From assembly GCA_015067825.1 (NCBI GenBank), contig SVLQ01000001.1:12485-76484 (forward strand): a DNA stretch of 64,000 bases, in the 5' to 3' direction. The translations under genes and the position numbers were made by a program. Every line of letters starts with the position of its first letter. The first letter of the stretch is position 1. The notes beneath the pieces were generated by a model. It saw nothing but the letters and a program-made list of their open reading frames with translations. It was not told the DNA's origin and made no database searches. This DNA is from Oscillospiraceae bacterium (GTDB taxonomy: Bacteria > Bacillota > Clostridia > Oscillospirales > QAMX01). Shown in pieces: positions 55,024 to 62,635 of this stretch.

Positions 55024-55200
55024 ATGAGCCCCAAAGAACTCCTTTATATGGAGGATGCACTGTCGCACGAGCAGATGATGCAGAAAAAATGTACCAGTCT
55101 GGCCGGGATGTTGCAGGATCAGGAACTGAAAACCTTCGTCAACCAGCTGGCCGGCCGCCATCAGAAAGGTTTCGGCGAACTTTACAGTTTGCTGAAATAG
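55024..55200 (+). CDS. small CotF-like spore coat protein
   Basis: ORF track 54985..55200; start at ATG 55024. SPKELLYMEDALSHEQMMQKKC ... QDQELKTF pattern, typical of small clostridial coat F-like proteins. Confidence 0.5.
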   Translation: MSPKELLYMEDALSHEQMMQKKCTSLAGMLQDQELKTFVNQLAGRHQKGFGELYSLLK

Positions 55201-55218
55201 GAAGGACGGTAACGAAGC

Positions 55219-55464
55219 ATGGATGACAAAATGATTATGGAAGATATCCTTACCACAGCCAAGAGCCTGGCCGATCTCTATCTGCACGGTACGATTGAGT
55301 CGGAAACGGTCAATGTGCATCAGGCGTTCGACAACCGCCTCTGCGATACGCTGGCAATGCAAAACGAGATCTATACCAAGATGTCGCAGCGCGGCTGGTA
55401 TGCCGCACAGCAGGCACCGCAACAGCAGATTGATCAGACCCGCCAAAAGTTCAGCGCACAGTAA
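55219..55464 (+). CDS. CotF-like spore coat protein
   Basis: MEDILTTAKSLADLYLHGTIES ... IYTKMSQRGWY (Coat F pattern). Confidence 0.6.
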   Translation: MDDKMIMEDILTTAKSLADLYLHGTIESETVNVHQAFDNRLCDTLAMQNEIYTKMSQRGWYAAQQAPQQQIDQTRQKFSAQ

Positions 55465-55470
55465 CCACTG

Positions 55471-55506
55471 CCAAAGAGCCCGTCTCTTTCGAGACGGGCT
55501 CTTTGG
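55471..55506. terminator. bidirectional terminator
   Basis: 16-bp perfect stem CCAAAGAGCCCGTCTC / GAGACGGGCTCTTTGG, loop TTTC. Confidence 0.8.
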
Positions 55507-55510
55507 CGTA

Positions 55511-55888
55511 TCAGAATATATTTTCCAAGGTCAATGTATCCCTTGTGGCAAGTGTCTTTAGAGCGGCTCTGGCGGCGGTTAATTCGCTTCGCATCTCCTG
55601 ATAAAAACCGCCACCGGCATAAGCTGCGGCCCTTTGCAGATAAACGGTGATCGTATCAATTGCGGAGTGGTGATGAAACATTGCGAGTGTTTTTGCTTGC
55701 GCAGAAAAGCGATCTACCGCCTCTGTAACAATTTTGCCGCATTCCGCCGGTTCTGCTTGCAAGCCCTTGTCGATCACGGTAAGAATGTCTCGGCAGGTCG
55801 CTTCGGTATAGCTCTGTGCAGTCAGCCCGGCTGCAAAAACGAGCAGAAGCAAAACAAATGAGATTACGGTATGGCGTAAATGCATCAT
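55511..55888 (-). CDS. DUF4363 family protein
   Basis: N-terminal signal/TM, helical body, C-terminal ...TLENIF; ATGA-coupled to the DUF421 gene, its usual partner. Confidence 0.55.
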   Translation of the reverse strand: MMHLRHTVISFVLLLLVFAAGLTAQSYTEATCRDILTVIDKGLQAEPAECGKIVTEAVDRFSAQAKTLAMFHHHSAIDTITVYLQRAAAYAGGGFYQEMRSELTAARAALKTLATRDTLTLENIF

Positions 55889-56577
55889 ATACTCCTGTCT
55901 GCGCGGATTACGTGGAATCCTTCGTGTTTATCGTATGACATATAAAAGACATCAGCGATCCGTGCGATGTTGTGTCTGGTCAGAACCTTTTGGATATCCT
56001 TGGCATCTAATCCGGCTTTCTTGGCGTTGGAACGGATCAAATGGCCGTTTGCGATGATCGTATAGGGAAGAGGCGGCGGTGTGTGCGACTGAATGCCGAG
56101 ATCTCGGCGGGTAACGGCAGTGTCACCGTCGTGCAGAATGATACTCAGCTGCCCGTTGGTTTCGACGATCCCGTATTTCACGCTTTGCAGACTGGCAACG
56201 GCATTCAAACGAAGCTCTTCTGCCAATTCGTCCACGCTTAAACGCAAACGCCGGATCTCCTTTTGATTTAGCTTGCCGTTTTCGATGATGATACTGGGCT
56301 TGCCGAACAGGATCCGCCGCATCAGCGGGGAAGCGACAGCTATGATAGAGGTGAGAAATCCCAGAGCCAAAAGAACCAGCATCGGTATCAGCCCGCTGGC
56401 AAGCGGCTGAGCCGGATCCTGCATGGGGATTGCGGCCAGCTCACTGAGCAGAATCGTGATCGCCAACTCACTGGGTTCCAGTTCTCCGATTTGCCGCTTG
56501 CCCAAAAGGCGCATAGCGGCAACAATGACAATGTAGAGCAGAATGGTTCGGACAAACGATATCAGCACAAAACTCAC
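55885..56577 (-). CDS. DUF421 (YetF-like) membrane protein
   Basis: VRTILLYIVIVAAMRLLGKRQIGELEPSELAITILLSELA N-terminal block, typical of the YetF/YdfS family. Confidence 0.7.
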   Translation of the reverse strand: MSFVLISFVRTILLYIVIVAAMRLLGKRQIGELEPSELAITILLSELAAIPMQDPAQPLASGLIPMLVLLALGFLTSIIAVASPLMRRILFGKPSIIIENGKLNQKEIRRLRLSVDELAEELRLNAVASLQSVKYGIVETNGQLSIILHDGDTAVTRRDLGIQSHTPPPLPYTIIANGHLIRSNAKKAGLDAKDIQKVLTRHNIARIADVFYMSYDKHEGFHVIRADRSI

Positions 56578-56700
56578 CTTTCCGGCAAAACGAGGTACGG
56601 CTGTTAGCCATATTTTCGTATTCTATTGTCTCTCAATTGCGGTTCGTTATACCGCTTACAAGATTTTTGACCGGAAATCACAAAAAAATCAATAATTCAC

Positions 56701-56729
56701 TTGAAAAAAGTGGTAAACTTGTGTATAAT
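56701..56729 (+). promoter_or_regulatory. candidate sigma-70 promoter of yerC-methyltransferase
   Basis: TTGAAA (56701-06), 17 nt, TATAAT (56724-29). Confidence 0.5.
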
Positions 56730-56778
56730 AAAAGTGCGCCGCTTTGCGGCAACCAAACAACAAGGAGCGTTGGGTTTC

Positions 56779-57081
56779 GTGAACGACAAAATGAAGGAAA
56801 TGCATCTGGAAGAATTGTTTCGGGTGATCCTCTCGCTGAAGACAGAGGAAGAGGTTGCGGCTTTTTTTGAAGATATTTGCACGATCAAAGAAATCAAAGC
56901 CATGCTGCAGAGACTGCAGGTTGCCGAGCTTCTGGATCGCGGGGAACAGTACAAACAGATCGTTGCGAAAACCGGTGCTTCCTCCGCGACCATCAGCCGT
57001 GTCAACCGCTGCCTGCAGTATGGATCCGATGGCTACCGTCTTGTCCTTGACCGGATGAAGAAGAACGAGGCCGAAGAATGA
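56779..57081 (+). CDS. yerC: YerC/YecD family TrpR-like protein
   Basis: ORF track 56701..57081, but its 5' part overlaps the promoter; GTG 56779 chosen (GGAG 11 nt upstream; ATG 56791 is an alternative). TGASSATISRVNRCLQYGSDGY matches B. subtilis YerC. Confidence 0.7.
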   Translation: MNDKMKEMHLEELFRVILSLKTEEEVAAFFEDICTIKEIKAMLQRLQVAELLDRGEQYKQIVAKTGASSATISRVNRCLQYGSDGYRLVLDRMKKNEAEE

Positions 57082-57833
57082 GCATCTACTCCGCAATGGC
57101 GCACCACTACGACGCATTTACGGATGATGTTCCGTATGCGGAGTGGGCGGCATATGTGCAGACGCTGTTTGCGAAATTTCAGGCCGATCCCAAGTTGGTT
57201 CTGGATCTCGCCTGCGGAACGGGCAGTCTGACTGTCGAGCTCGCCAAAGCTGGCTATGAAATGATCGGTGTCGACATGTCTGCGGACATGCTCTCGGAAG
57301 CGATGCAGAAATCGGCCGAGCTGGATGTGTATCCGCTCTTTTTGAAGCAGCGTATGGAAACTTTGGATCTTTACGGAACGGTCGATGCAATCGTCTGCGG
57401 ACTCGACAGCGTGAACTATTTGGTCAAGCCGGGCGCGCTCGATGCTGCATTTTCGCGAGTCAGCCTGTTTTTGGAGGACAACGGACTTTTTATCTTCGAT
57501 GTCAACACGGAAAAGAAATTCCAGACGATCGACATGCAGGCGTTTGTGCGCGAATCGGATACTTGCTTTTGCGTCTGGCAAGCCGACTACGATGCTGAAA
57601 CGCGATTGATGGAGTATTATCTCGACTTCTTTGTCCATCAGGAGAACGGCCGCTACGACCGCTACAGCGAACATCATACTGAGCGTATGTATCCGCTGGA
57701 GGAGCTGCAGCAAACGTTGGAGCGCCACGAGATGCGTCTGGAGGGCGTTTTTGGAGAACTGAGTACGGAGGCACCGACAGCCGATGCCGACCGTATTTTT
57801 ATTGTTGCAAGGCGGCTTGCTCGCCACGCGTAA
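57078..57833 (+). CDS. class I SAM-dependent methyltransferase
   Basis: ATGA overlap with yerC; motif I VLDLACGTG. Confidence 0.8.
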   Translation: MSIYSAMAHHYDAFTDDVPYAEWAAYVQTLFAKFQADPKLVLDLACGTGSLTVELAKAGYEMIGVDMSADMLSEAMQKSAELDVYPLFLKQRMETLDLYGTVDAIVCGLDSVNYLVKPGALDAAFSRVSLFLEDNGLFIFDVNTEKKFQTIDMQAFVRESDTCFCVWQADYDAETRLMEYYLDFFVHQENGRYDRYSEHHTERMYPLEELQQTLERHEMRLEGVFGELSTEAPTADADRIFIVARRLARHA

Positions 57834-57854
57834 TTTGAGAGGAGAACTATTATT

Positions 57855-58730
57855 TTGAACGATACCATTGTACATGCGATCAGCGGCGACGGTATGGTCC
57901 GTGTGACTGTCGCCGATATGCGTGGTGCCGTGGAACAGGCTCGGCAGTACCATATGCTGACGCCGACGACCACAGCTGTGCTGGGCAGACTGCTTGTAGC
58001 GGCCTCTATTATGGGTTCGGACCTGAAAGATGAACAGTGTTCTGTGACGCTGCGCATTTCCGGTGACGGCCCGTGCGGCACTGTAATTGCGGTTTCCGAC
58101 GGCAGCGGTTTCTGCCGCGGCTGTATCCAGCACGCCGATGCTGACCTTCCGCTCAACGAAAAGGGAAAACTGGATGTCGGCGGTGCGGTCGGCGAAGGGA
58201 CCTTGACGGTTATCAAAGACCTTGGTCTGAAAGAACCGTATGTCGGTATGGTCGACCTGGTTTCCGGCGAGATTGCCGAAGATATCACCCAGTATCTCTA
58301 CACCAGTGAACAGCAGCCCGGTGTCTGCGCGCTTGGTGTGCTCGTAGACCGCGACTATACAGTCAAGGCTGCCGGCGGCTTTATCTTGTCGCTGCTGCCC
58401 GGTGCGGATGAGAGCGTGATTGCGCGCGTGGAGAACGACATTGCCGCACTGCCGCCGGTGACGACGATGCTGGATTCCGGCATGAGTGCGGAGGATATCG
58501 CCCGCAAGGCTTTGGCCAGCGATTTCGGCGAGATCGGCACCGTGGCCGAATCCGGATATCGCTGCCGCTGCTCGGAAGAACGCGTGACGGAAATGCTGAT
58601 CAGCCTCGGCAGGGAAGAGCTTCATCGCCTTGCAGAAGAAGATGAAAATGCGGAAGTCGCGTGCCATTTCTGCGATAAGGTCTACCATGTTTCGATCAAT
58701 AACGTTTTGGCAATGATCGAAGAAGCGTAA
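57855..58730 (+). CDS. hslO: Hsp33 redox-regulated chaperone
   Basis: TTG start after GAGAGGAG. C-terminal zinc centre CRCS ... CHFC. Confidence 0.9.
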   Translation: MNDTIVHAISGDGMVRVTVADMRGAVEQARQYHMLTPTTTAVLGRLLVAASIMGSDLKDEQCSVTLRISGDGPCGTVIAVSDGSGFCRGCIQHADADLPLNEKGKLDVGGAVGEGTLTVIKDLGLKEPYVGMVDLVSGEIAEDITQYLYTSEQQPGVCALGVLVDRDYTVKAAGGFILSLLPGADESVIARVENDIAALPPVTTMLDSGMSAEDIARKALASDFGEIGTVAESGYRCRCSEERVTEMLISLGREELHRLAEEDENAEVACHFCDKVYHVSINNVLAMIEEA

Positions 58731-58787
58731 ATTGTCCCCTTAGTGGAAACACTTTTTATATTTTAATTTTGTGATGGAGGATTTGTT

Positions 58788-59159
58788 ATGGGTAAATTTG
58801 TGATTCGCAAAACGAGCACCGGTGTGAAGTTTGATCTCAAAGCCGGCAATGGTGAAGTGATCGCGACCTCTGAAGTCTACACGTCCGACGATGCCTGCGA
58901 AAAGGGTATTGCCAGTGTGCAGAAAAATGCTCCGGTGGCGGAGATCGAAAACCAGACCGTCGAAGGCTTTGAAACCGTGAAGCACCCGAAGTTTGAAGTC
59001 TATGCCGACAAAGCCGGTGAATACCGTTTCCGCCTGAAGGCCACGAACGGTCAGATCATCGCCGTCAGCGAAGGCTACAAAACGGTTGCCAGCTGCCTCA
59101 ACGGTATCAAATCGGTTCAGACCAACGCTCCGGACGCCGAAATCGTCGAAGCCGAATAG
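58788..59159 (+). CDS. YegP family protein (two DUF1508 repeats)
   Basis: FDLKAGNGEVIATSEVY and FRLKATNGQIIAVSEGY repeats. Confidence 0.75.
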   Translation: MGKFVIRKTSTGVKFDLKAGNGEVIATSEVYTSDDACEKGIASVQKNAPVAEIENQTVEGFETVKHPKFEVYADKAGEYRFRLKATNGQIIAVSEGYKTVASCLNGIKSVQTNAPDAEIVEAE

Positions 59160-59188
59160 CCGAATAAAAGAAGGAGTTTCAGCAGCGC

Positions 59189-59407
59189 ATGGATATCAAG
59201 GCGAAAATCAATGAAATTGTTGACCGTATCAAAAACGATGACGGTCTGATGGATCTGTTTAAGAGCGATCCGGTGAAAGCGATCGAAAAGGTGATCGGTG
59301 TCGATCTCCCGGACGATAAGCTTGCTCCGATTGTCGATGGCGTCAAGGCTAAGCTGACGGTCGACAATGCGAAAGACCTGTTTGGCTCTCTGAAGAAGCT
59401 GTTCTGA
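59189..59407 (+). CDS. hypothetical small helical protein (72 aa)
   Basis: ORF track; AAGGAG RBS upstream; no family recognised. Confidence 0.4.
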   Translation: MDIKAKINEIVDRIKNDDGLMDLFKSDPVKAIEKVIGVDLPDDKLAPIVDGVKAKLTVDNAKDLFGSLKKLF

Positions 59408-59413
59408 TTGTCT

Positions 59414-59448
59414 CGGTCGAGTCCGGTCGGTTGGGCCGGACTCGACCG
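59414..59448 (+). other. 13-bp perfect hairpin without a 3' U-tract
   Basis: CGGTCGAGTCCGG / CCGGACTCGACCG, followed by an A-run; sits between the small ORF and the tRNA promoter. Confidence 0.5.
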
Positions 59449-59480
59449 AAAAAAATCTTGAAAAAAATTGAAAAAGGGGG

Positions 59481-59509
59481 TTGACAAAAAAGGCTCTATC
59501 GTGTATAAT
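59481..59509 (+). promoter_or_regulatory. candidate strong sigma-70 promoter of the tRNA operon
   Basis: TTGACA (59481-86), 17 nt, TATAAT (59504-09); A-rich UP-like region upstream. Confidence 0.65.
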
Positions 59510-59543
59510 AATTATCGTCGCTTGTGTGTTGCGAACATCTCGC

Positions 59544-59619
59544 GGGGGTATAGCTCAGCTGGTAGAGCACTTGCCTTACAAGCAAGGGGTCACAGGTTCG
59601 AGTCCTGTTGTCCCCACCA
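59544..59619 (+). tRNA. tRNA-Val (anticodon TAC)
   Basis: Hand-folded cloverleaf: acceptor GGGGGTA/TGTCCCC, anticodon loop CTTACAA, T-loop TTCGAGT, encoded CCA. Confidence 0.9.
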
Positions 59620-59635
59620 TTAAGCCTGTTAATTT

Positions 59636-59713
59636 GGCCCGGTAGTTCAGTTGGTTTAGAACGCTAGCCTGTCACGCTAGAGGTCGAGGGTTCGAGCCCC
59701 TTCCGGGTCGCCA
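59636..59713 (+). tRNA. tRNA-Asp (anticodon GTC)
   Basis: Acceptor GGCCCGG/CCGGGTC, anticodon loop CTGTCAC, T-loop TTCGAGC, encoded CCA. Confidence 0.9.
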
Positions 59714-59741
59714 TAATAACAGAGTTTACCTCTGTTATTAT
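59713..59741 (+). other. 12-bp perfect AT-rich hairpin filling the tRNA-Asp/tRNA-Phe spacer
   Basis: ATAATAACAGAG tttac CTCTGTTATTAT; starts at the last A of the Asp CCA and ends 2 nt before tRNA-Phe. Confidence 0.8.
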
Positions 59742-59743
59742 AT

Positions 59744-59819
59744 GCCTCTGTAGCTCAGTTGGTAGAGCAGGGGACTGAAAATCCCCGTGTCGTTGGTTCG
59801 ATTCCGACCGGAGGCACCA
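59744..59819 (+). tRNA. tRNA-Phe (anticodon GAA)
   Basis: Acceptor GCCTCTG/CGGAGGC, anticodon loop CTGAAAA, T-loop TTCGATT, encoded CCA. Confidence 0.9.
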
Positions 59820-59822
59820 AAT

Positions 59823-59898
59823 GCGGATTTAGCTCATCTGGTAGAGCGCCACCTTGCCAAGGTGGAGGTAGCGAGTTCGAGCCTCGTAATCCGCTCCA
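59823..59898 (+). tRNA. tRNA-Gly (anticodon GCC)
   Basis: Acceptor GCGGATT/AATCCGC, anticodon loop TTGCCAA, T-loop TTCGAGC, encoded CCA. Confidence 0.9.
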
Positions 59899-59900
59899 TA

Positions 59901-59942
59901 AAAAAACAATCGCTCATCTTCGGATGAGCGATTGTTTTTTTA
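59901..59942 (+). terminator. rho-independent terminator of the tRNA operon
   Basis: 18-bp stem AAAAAACAATCGCTCATC / GATGAGCGATTGTTTTTT, loop TTCG. Confidence 0.85.
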
Positions 59943-59997
59943 TGGTCTACAACCCCCGGTTGATTTTTTTGTCAACGAAAATTCGCGTGCTACCTTG

Positions 59998-60026
59998 TTG
60001 AAGTGTTTACAGATTTATGGTATAAT
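59998..60026 (+). promoter_or_regulatory. candidate sigma-70 promoter of the hflKC operon (extended -10)
   Basis: TTGAAG (59998-60003), 17 nt, TGgTATAAT (TATAAT at 60021-26). Confidence 0.45.
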
Positions 60027-60076
60027 AACCACAACACAATCGCTGTGTATCCAATAACAAGAAAGAAGGAAACGAT

Positions 60077-61090
60077 ATGGCTTTTTCTCCGGATTTTAAG
60101 TTCGATGTCGACTTTAAGAACTTTGATTCCAAGAAGATCAAACGCATTGTGATCATTGCTGCGATCGCCGTTTTGCTGCTGATCTTGGTGTCGACCTGTT
60201 GGTTTACGGTCAACGACAAGCAGCAGGCTGTTATCACGACGTTTGGCAAGGTGACCGGAACCGCCGATGCCGGCATTCACTTCAAACTGCCGTTTGGGAT
60301 TCAGAAAGTCGATCTGGTTGATATCAACATCTACCAAAAAATCGAGCTCGGTTATCGAACCGATGGCAGTGATGCAGGCAACTATATGACGATTGAAAAC
60401 GAATCCAAGATGATCTCCGGCGACTTCAACATCGTCAATGTCGATTTCTTTATCGAATACAAAATTTCCAACGCCGCGAAGTACCTTTACGCTTCGCAGG
60501 ATGCCGGTATGATCCTCAAGAACCTCGCCCAAAGCCAGATCCGAAACGTCATCGGCTCGAAGTATGTCGATGATATCCTGACGACGGGTAAGAGCCAGAT
60601 TCAGGCCGAGGTCAAAGAATTGATCACCGAAGAACTGACGAAGTACGATATCGGCATCGTCCTGACCGATATCAAGATCCAGGATGCCGAACCGCCGACG
60701 GAGCAGGTTAAGGCAGCGTTTAAGAACGTAGAAACCGCCAAGCAGGTCGGTGAGACTGCCAAGAACGATGCCGAAGCCTACAAAAACGCGCAGATCCCCA
60801 ATGCCGAGGCCAAGGCCGACCAGCTGCTGCAGAATGCGGAATTTTTGAAGCTCGACCGCATCAACCAGGCCAAGGCGCAGGTGGCGATGTTCAACGCGAT
60901 GTATGAAGAATACACCTCGAATGAAGAAATTACCAAAGCGCGTATGTACTTTGAAGCGATTGAAGCGGTTCTGCCCGGCGTCAAGCTGATTATCGATACC
61001 GGCAGCGATACGCAGAAGCTGCTGCCGCTGGATACATTCCTTGCGACAACTGCCGGTGAAACCGCCAACGGCGGCACTGTTACGGAATAA
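60077..61090 (+). CDS. hflK: FtsH protease modulator HflK (SPFH/band-7)
   Basis: N-terminal TM, SPFH domain, coiled-coil AEAYKNAQIPNAEAKADQLLQNAE. Confidence 0.8.
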   Translation: MAFSPDFKFDVDFKNFDSKKIKRIVIIAAIAVLLLILVSTCWFTVNDKQQAVITTFGKVTGTADAGIHFKLPFGIQKVDLVDINIYQKIELGYRTDGSDAGNYMTIENESKMISGDFNIVNVDFFIEYKISNAAKYLYASQDAGMILKNLAQSQIRNVIGSKYVDDILTTGKSQIQAEVKELITEELTKYDIGIVLTDIKIQDAEPPTEQVKAAFKNVETAKQVGETAKNDAEAYKNAQIPNAEAKADQLLQNAEFLKLDRINQAKAQVAMFNAMYEEYTSNEEITKARMYFEAIEAVLPGVKLIIDTGSDTQKLLPLDTFLATTAGETANGGTVTE

Positions 61091-61105
61091 GGAGGGTGTG
61101 CAGCC

Positions 61106-62092
61106 ATGAAAAAAGTGAAAACAACGCTGAAGTTCCTTGTCCCGGTCGTGATCGTCCTGCTGGTTGTTTTGGTTGCGACCTCGTTCTACACGGTGCAGGA
61201 AAATGAATATGCCTGTGTCGTTCGTTTCTCGAAGATTATCGATGTGACCGATAGCTCCGGTCTGCATTTTAAAATGCCGTTTGTGGATACGGTTATCAAG
61301 TTCCCGGACACTGTGCTGCTCTATGACATTCCCCCAAGTGACGTTATCACATCGGACAGTAAGTCTATGCAGGTTGACAGCTACGTTATGTGGAAAATCT
61401 CCGACCCGCTGGCGTTCTATAAGTCCCTTGGTTCGATTGTCGAAGCGGAAGTCCGTTTGGATAATATCACCTACAACGCCCTGAAGACCACGATGGGTAC
61501 GATCGAGCAGGACGAGATTATCAATATGGATGACGGTGCCAAGCGCAACGAGATCTACTCTGCGATCACTGCGCAGGTCACGGAAAAGGCTGTTATCTAC
61601 GGCATTGATATCATCGACGTCAAGGTCAAGCGTCTGGACTATCCGACCGACAACGAACAGGCGGTCTACACGCGCATGATTTCCGAGCGCAACATGATGG
61701 CTGAAGAGCTGATCGCCAACGGCAACAAAACCGCGACGATCACCAAGAACGAAGTTGACCGTATCGTCAACGAGACGCTCTCCAACGCCGAACGCGAAGC
61801 GGAAGAAATCATTGCCTCGGGCGAAGCCGAATACATGCGCATCCTCGGTGAGGCCTACAACACGCCGGATAAACAGGAGTTCTACTACTTTATCCGTGCG
61901 CTCGACGCTCTCGAAACCTCGCTTGGCGGCGATAACAAAACCGTCATTCTCGGCGCAGACAGCGAGCTTGCAAAGATTCTGAACAACGCACTTGCCGAAG
62001 AAGAGGCGGCTGCACCGGCGGTCACGGATGTGCCGGTCACCGATCCGGCGACGGAACCCTCCGTTGAGCCGGAAGTTGTACCGCAGCAGTAG
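61106..62092 (+). CDS. hflC: FtsH protease modulator HflC (SPFH/band-7)
   Basis: N-terminal TM and SPFH domain (GLHFKMPFVDTV, WKISDPLAFY); paired with hflK. Confidence 0.8.
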   Translation: MKKVKTTLKFLVPVVIVLLVVLVATSFYTVQENEYACVVRFSKIIDVTDSSGLHFKMPFVDTVIKFPDTVLLYDIPPSDVITSDSKSMQVDSYVMWKISDPLAFYKSLGSIVEAEVRLDNITYNALKTTMGTIEQDEIINMDDGAKRNEIYSAITAQVTEKAVIYGIDIIDVKVKRLDYPTDNEQAVYTRMISERNMMAEELIANGNKTATITKNEVDRIVNETLSNAEREAEEIIASGEAEYMRILGEAYNTPDKQEFYYFIRALDALETSLGGDNKTVILGADSELAKILNNALAEEEAAAPAVTDVPVTDPATEPSVEPEVVPQQ

Positions 62093-62109
62093 GAGCAGGA
62101 GGGCGAACC

Positions 62110-62283
62110 GTGGAATTTTGGTTAGGCATCTTGTTTTCGGTTGTGTTTGTTGTCGGCGCTGTGGTCAGCGCGGTGTTGATCCGCAAATCGAGAAAATGGA
62201 TCATTGGAACGGTGCTGTGTACGATCTTTGCGATCGTCTTTACGCTCTATAGCGTGCTGACCGCAGTGCTGTTCGGAATATAA
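62110..62283 (+). CDS. unlisted 57-aa two-TM membrane peptide
   Basis: Hand translation from GTG 62110: VEFWLGILFSVVFVVGAVVSAVLIRKSRKWIIGTVLCTIFAIVFTLYSVLTAVLFGI*. AGGAGG 9 nt upstream. Below the ORF-track length cutoff. Confidence 0.35.
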   Translation: MEFWLGILFSVVFVVGAVVSAVLIRKSRKWIIGTVLCTIFAIVFTLYSVLTAVLFGI

Positions 62284-62299
62284 TCGGAGGAGAGTTTCT

Positions 62300-62617
62300 A
62301 TGGCTAACGGCAGAAATAAGTACGACGAGCCCTTAACGACACAACGTGTCAACGAAAAGCGTCTCACGCGAGTGACTTGGATTTTAGCGCTGGCCCAACT
62401 TGTTGTCATTGGTGCGATGGTCGCGTTGATGTTCACGCCTTTTGCCAAGGTCGTGTTTGTCTGTGCGGTGCCGTATATCATGCTGTACGTGTACTATATG
62501 CGCGGTGTTGAGACGATTGTGGACATCGGCTGCAAATCGGCAGGTCTGTTCCGTGCGTTCAAGTTTATCAGTCCACTGTTGTTTGCGGTAGCTTTTGTGA
62601 TGGCGATCTTTTCGTAG
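62300..62617 (+). CDS. hypothetical membrane protein (3 TM)
   Basis: ORF track; GGAGGAG RBS; hydrophobic segments. Confidence 0.45.
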   Translation: MANGRNKYDEPLTTQRVNEKRLTRVTWILALAQLVVIGAMVALMFTPFAKVVFVCAVPYIMLYVYYMRGVETIVDIGCKSAGLFRAFKFISPLLFAVAFVMAIFS

Positions 62618-62635
62618 GCGAAAGGAGTTCCTGCT

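Noticed and set aside
59759-60001. An 80-aa plus-strand ORF spans the tRNA-Phe/tRNA-Gly region.
   Set aside because: It overlaps two well-folded tRNA genes and the operon terminator, so it is not a plausible CDS.
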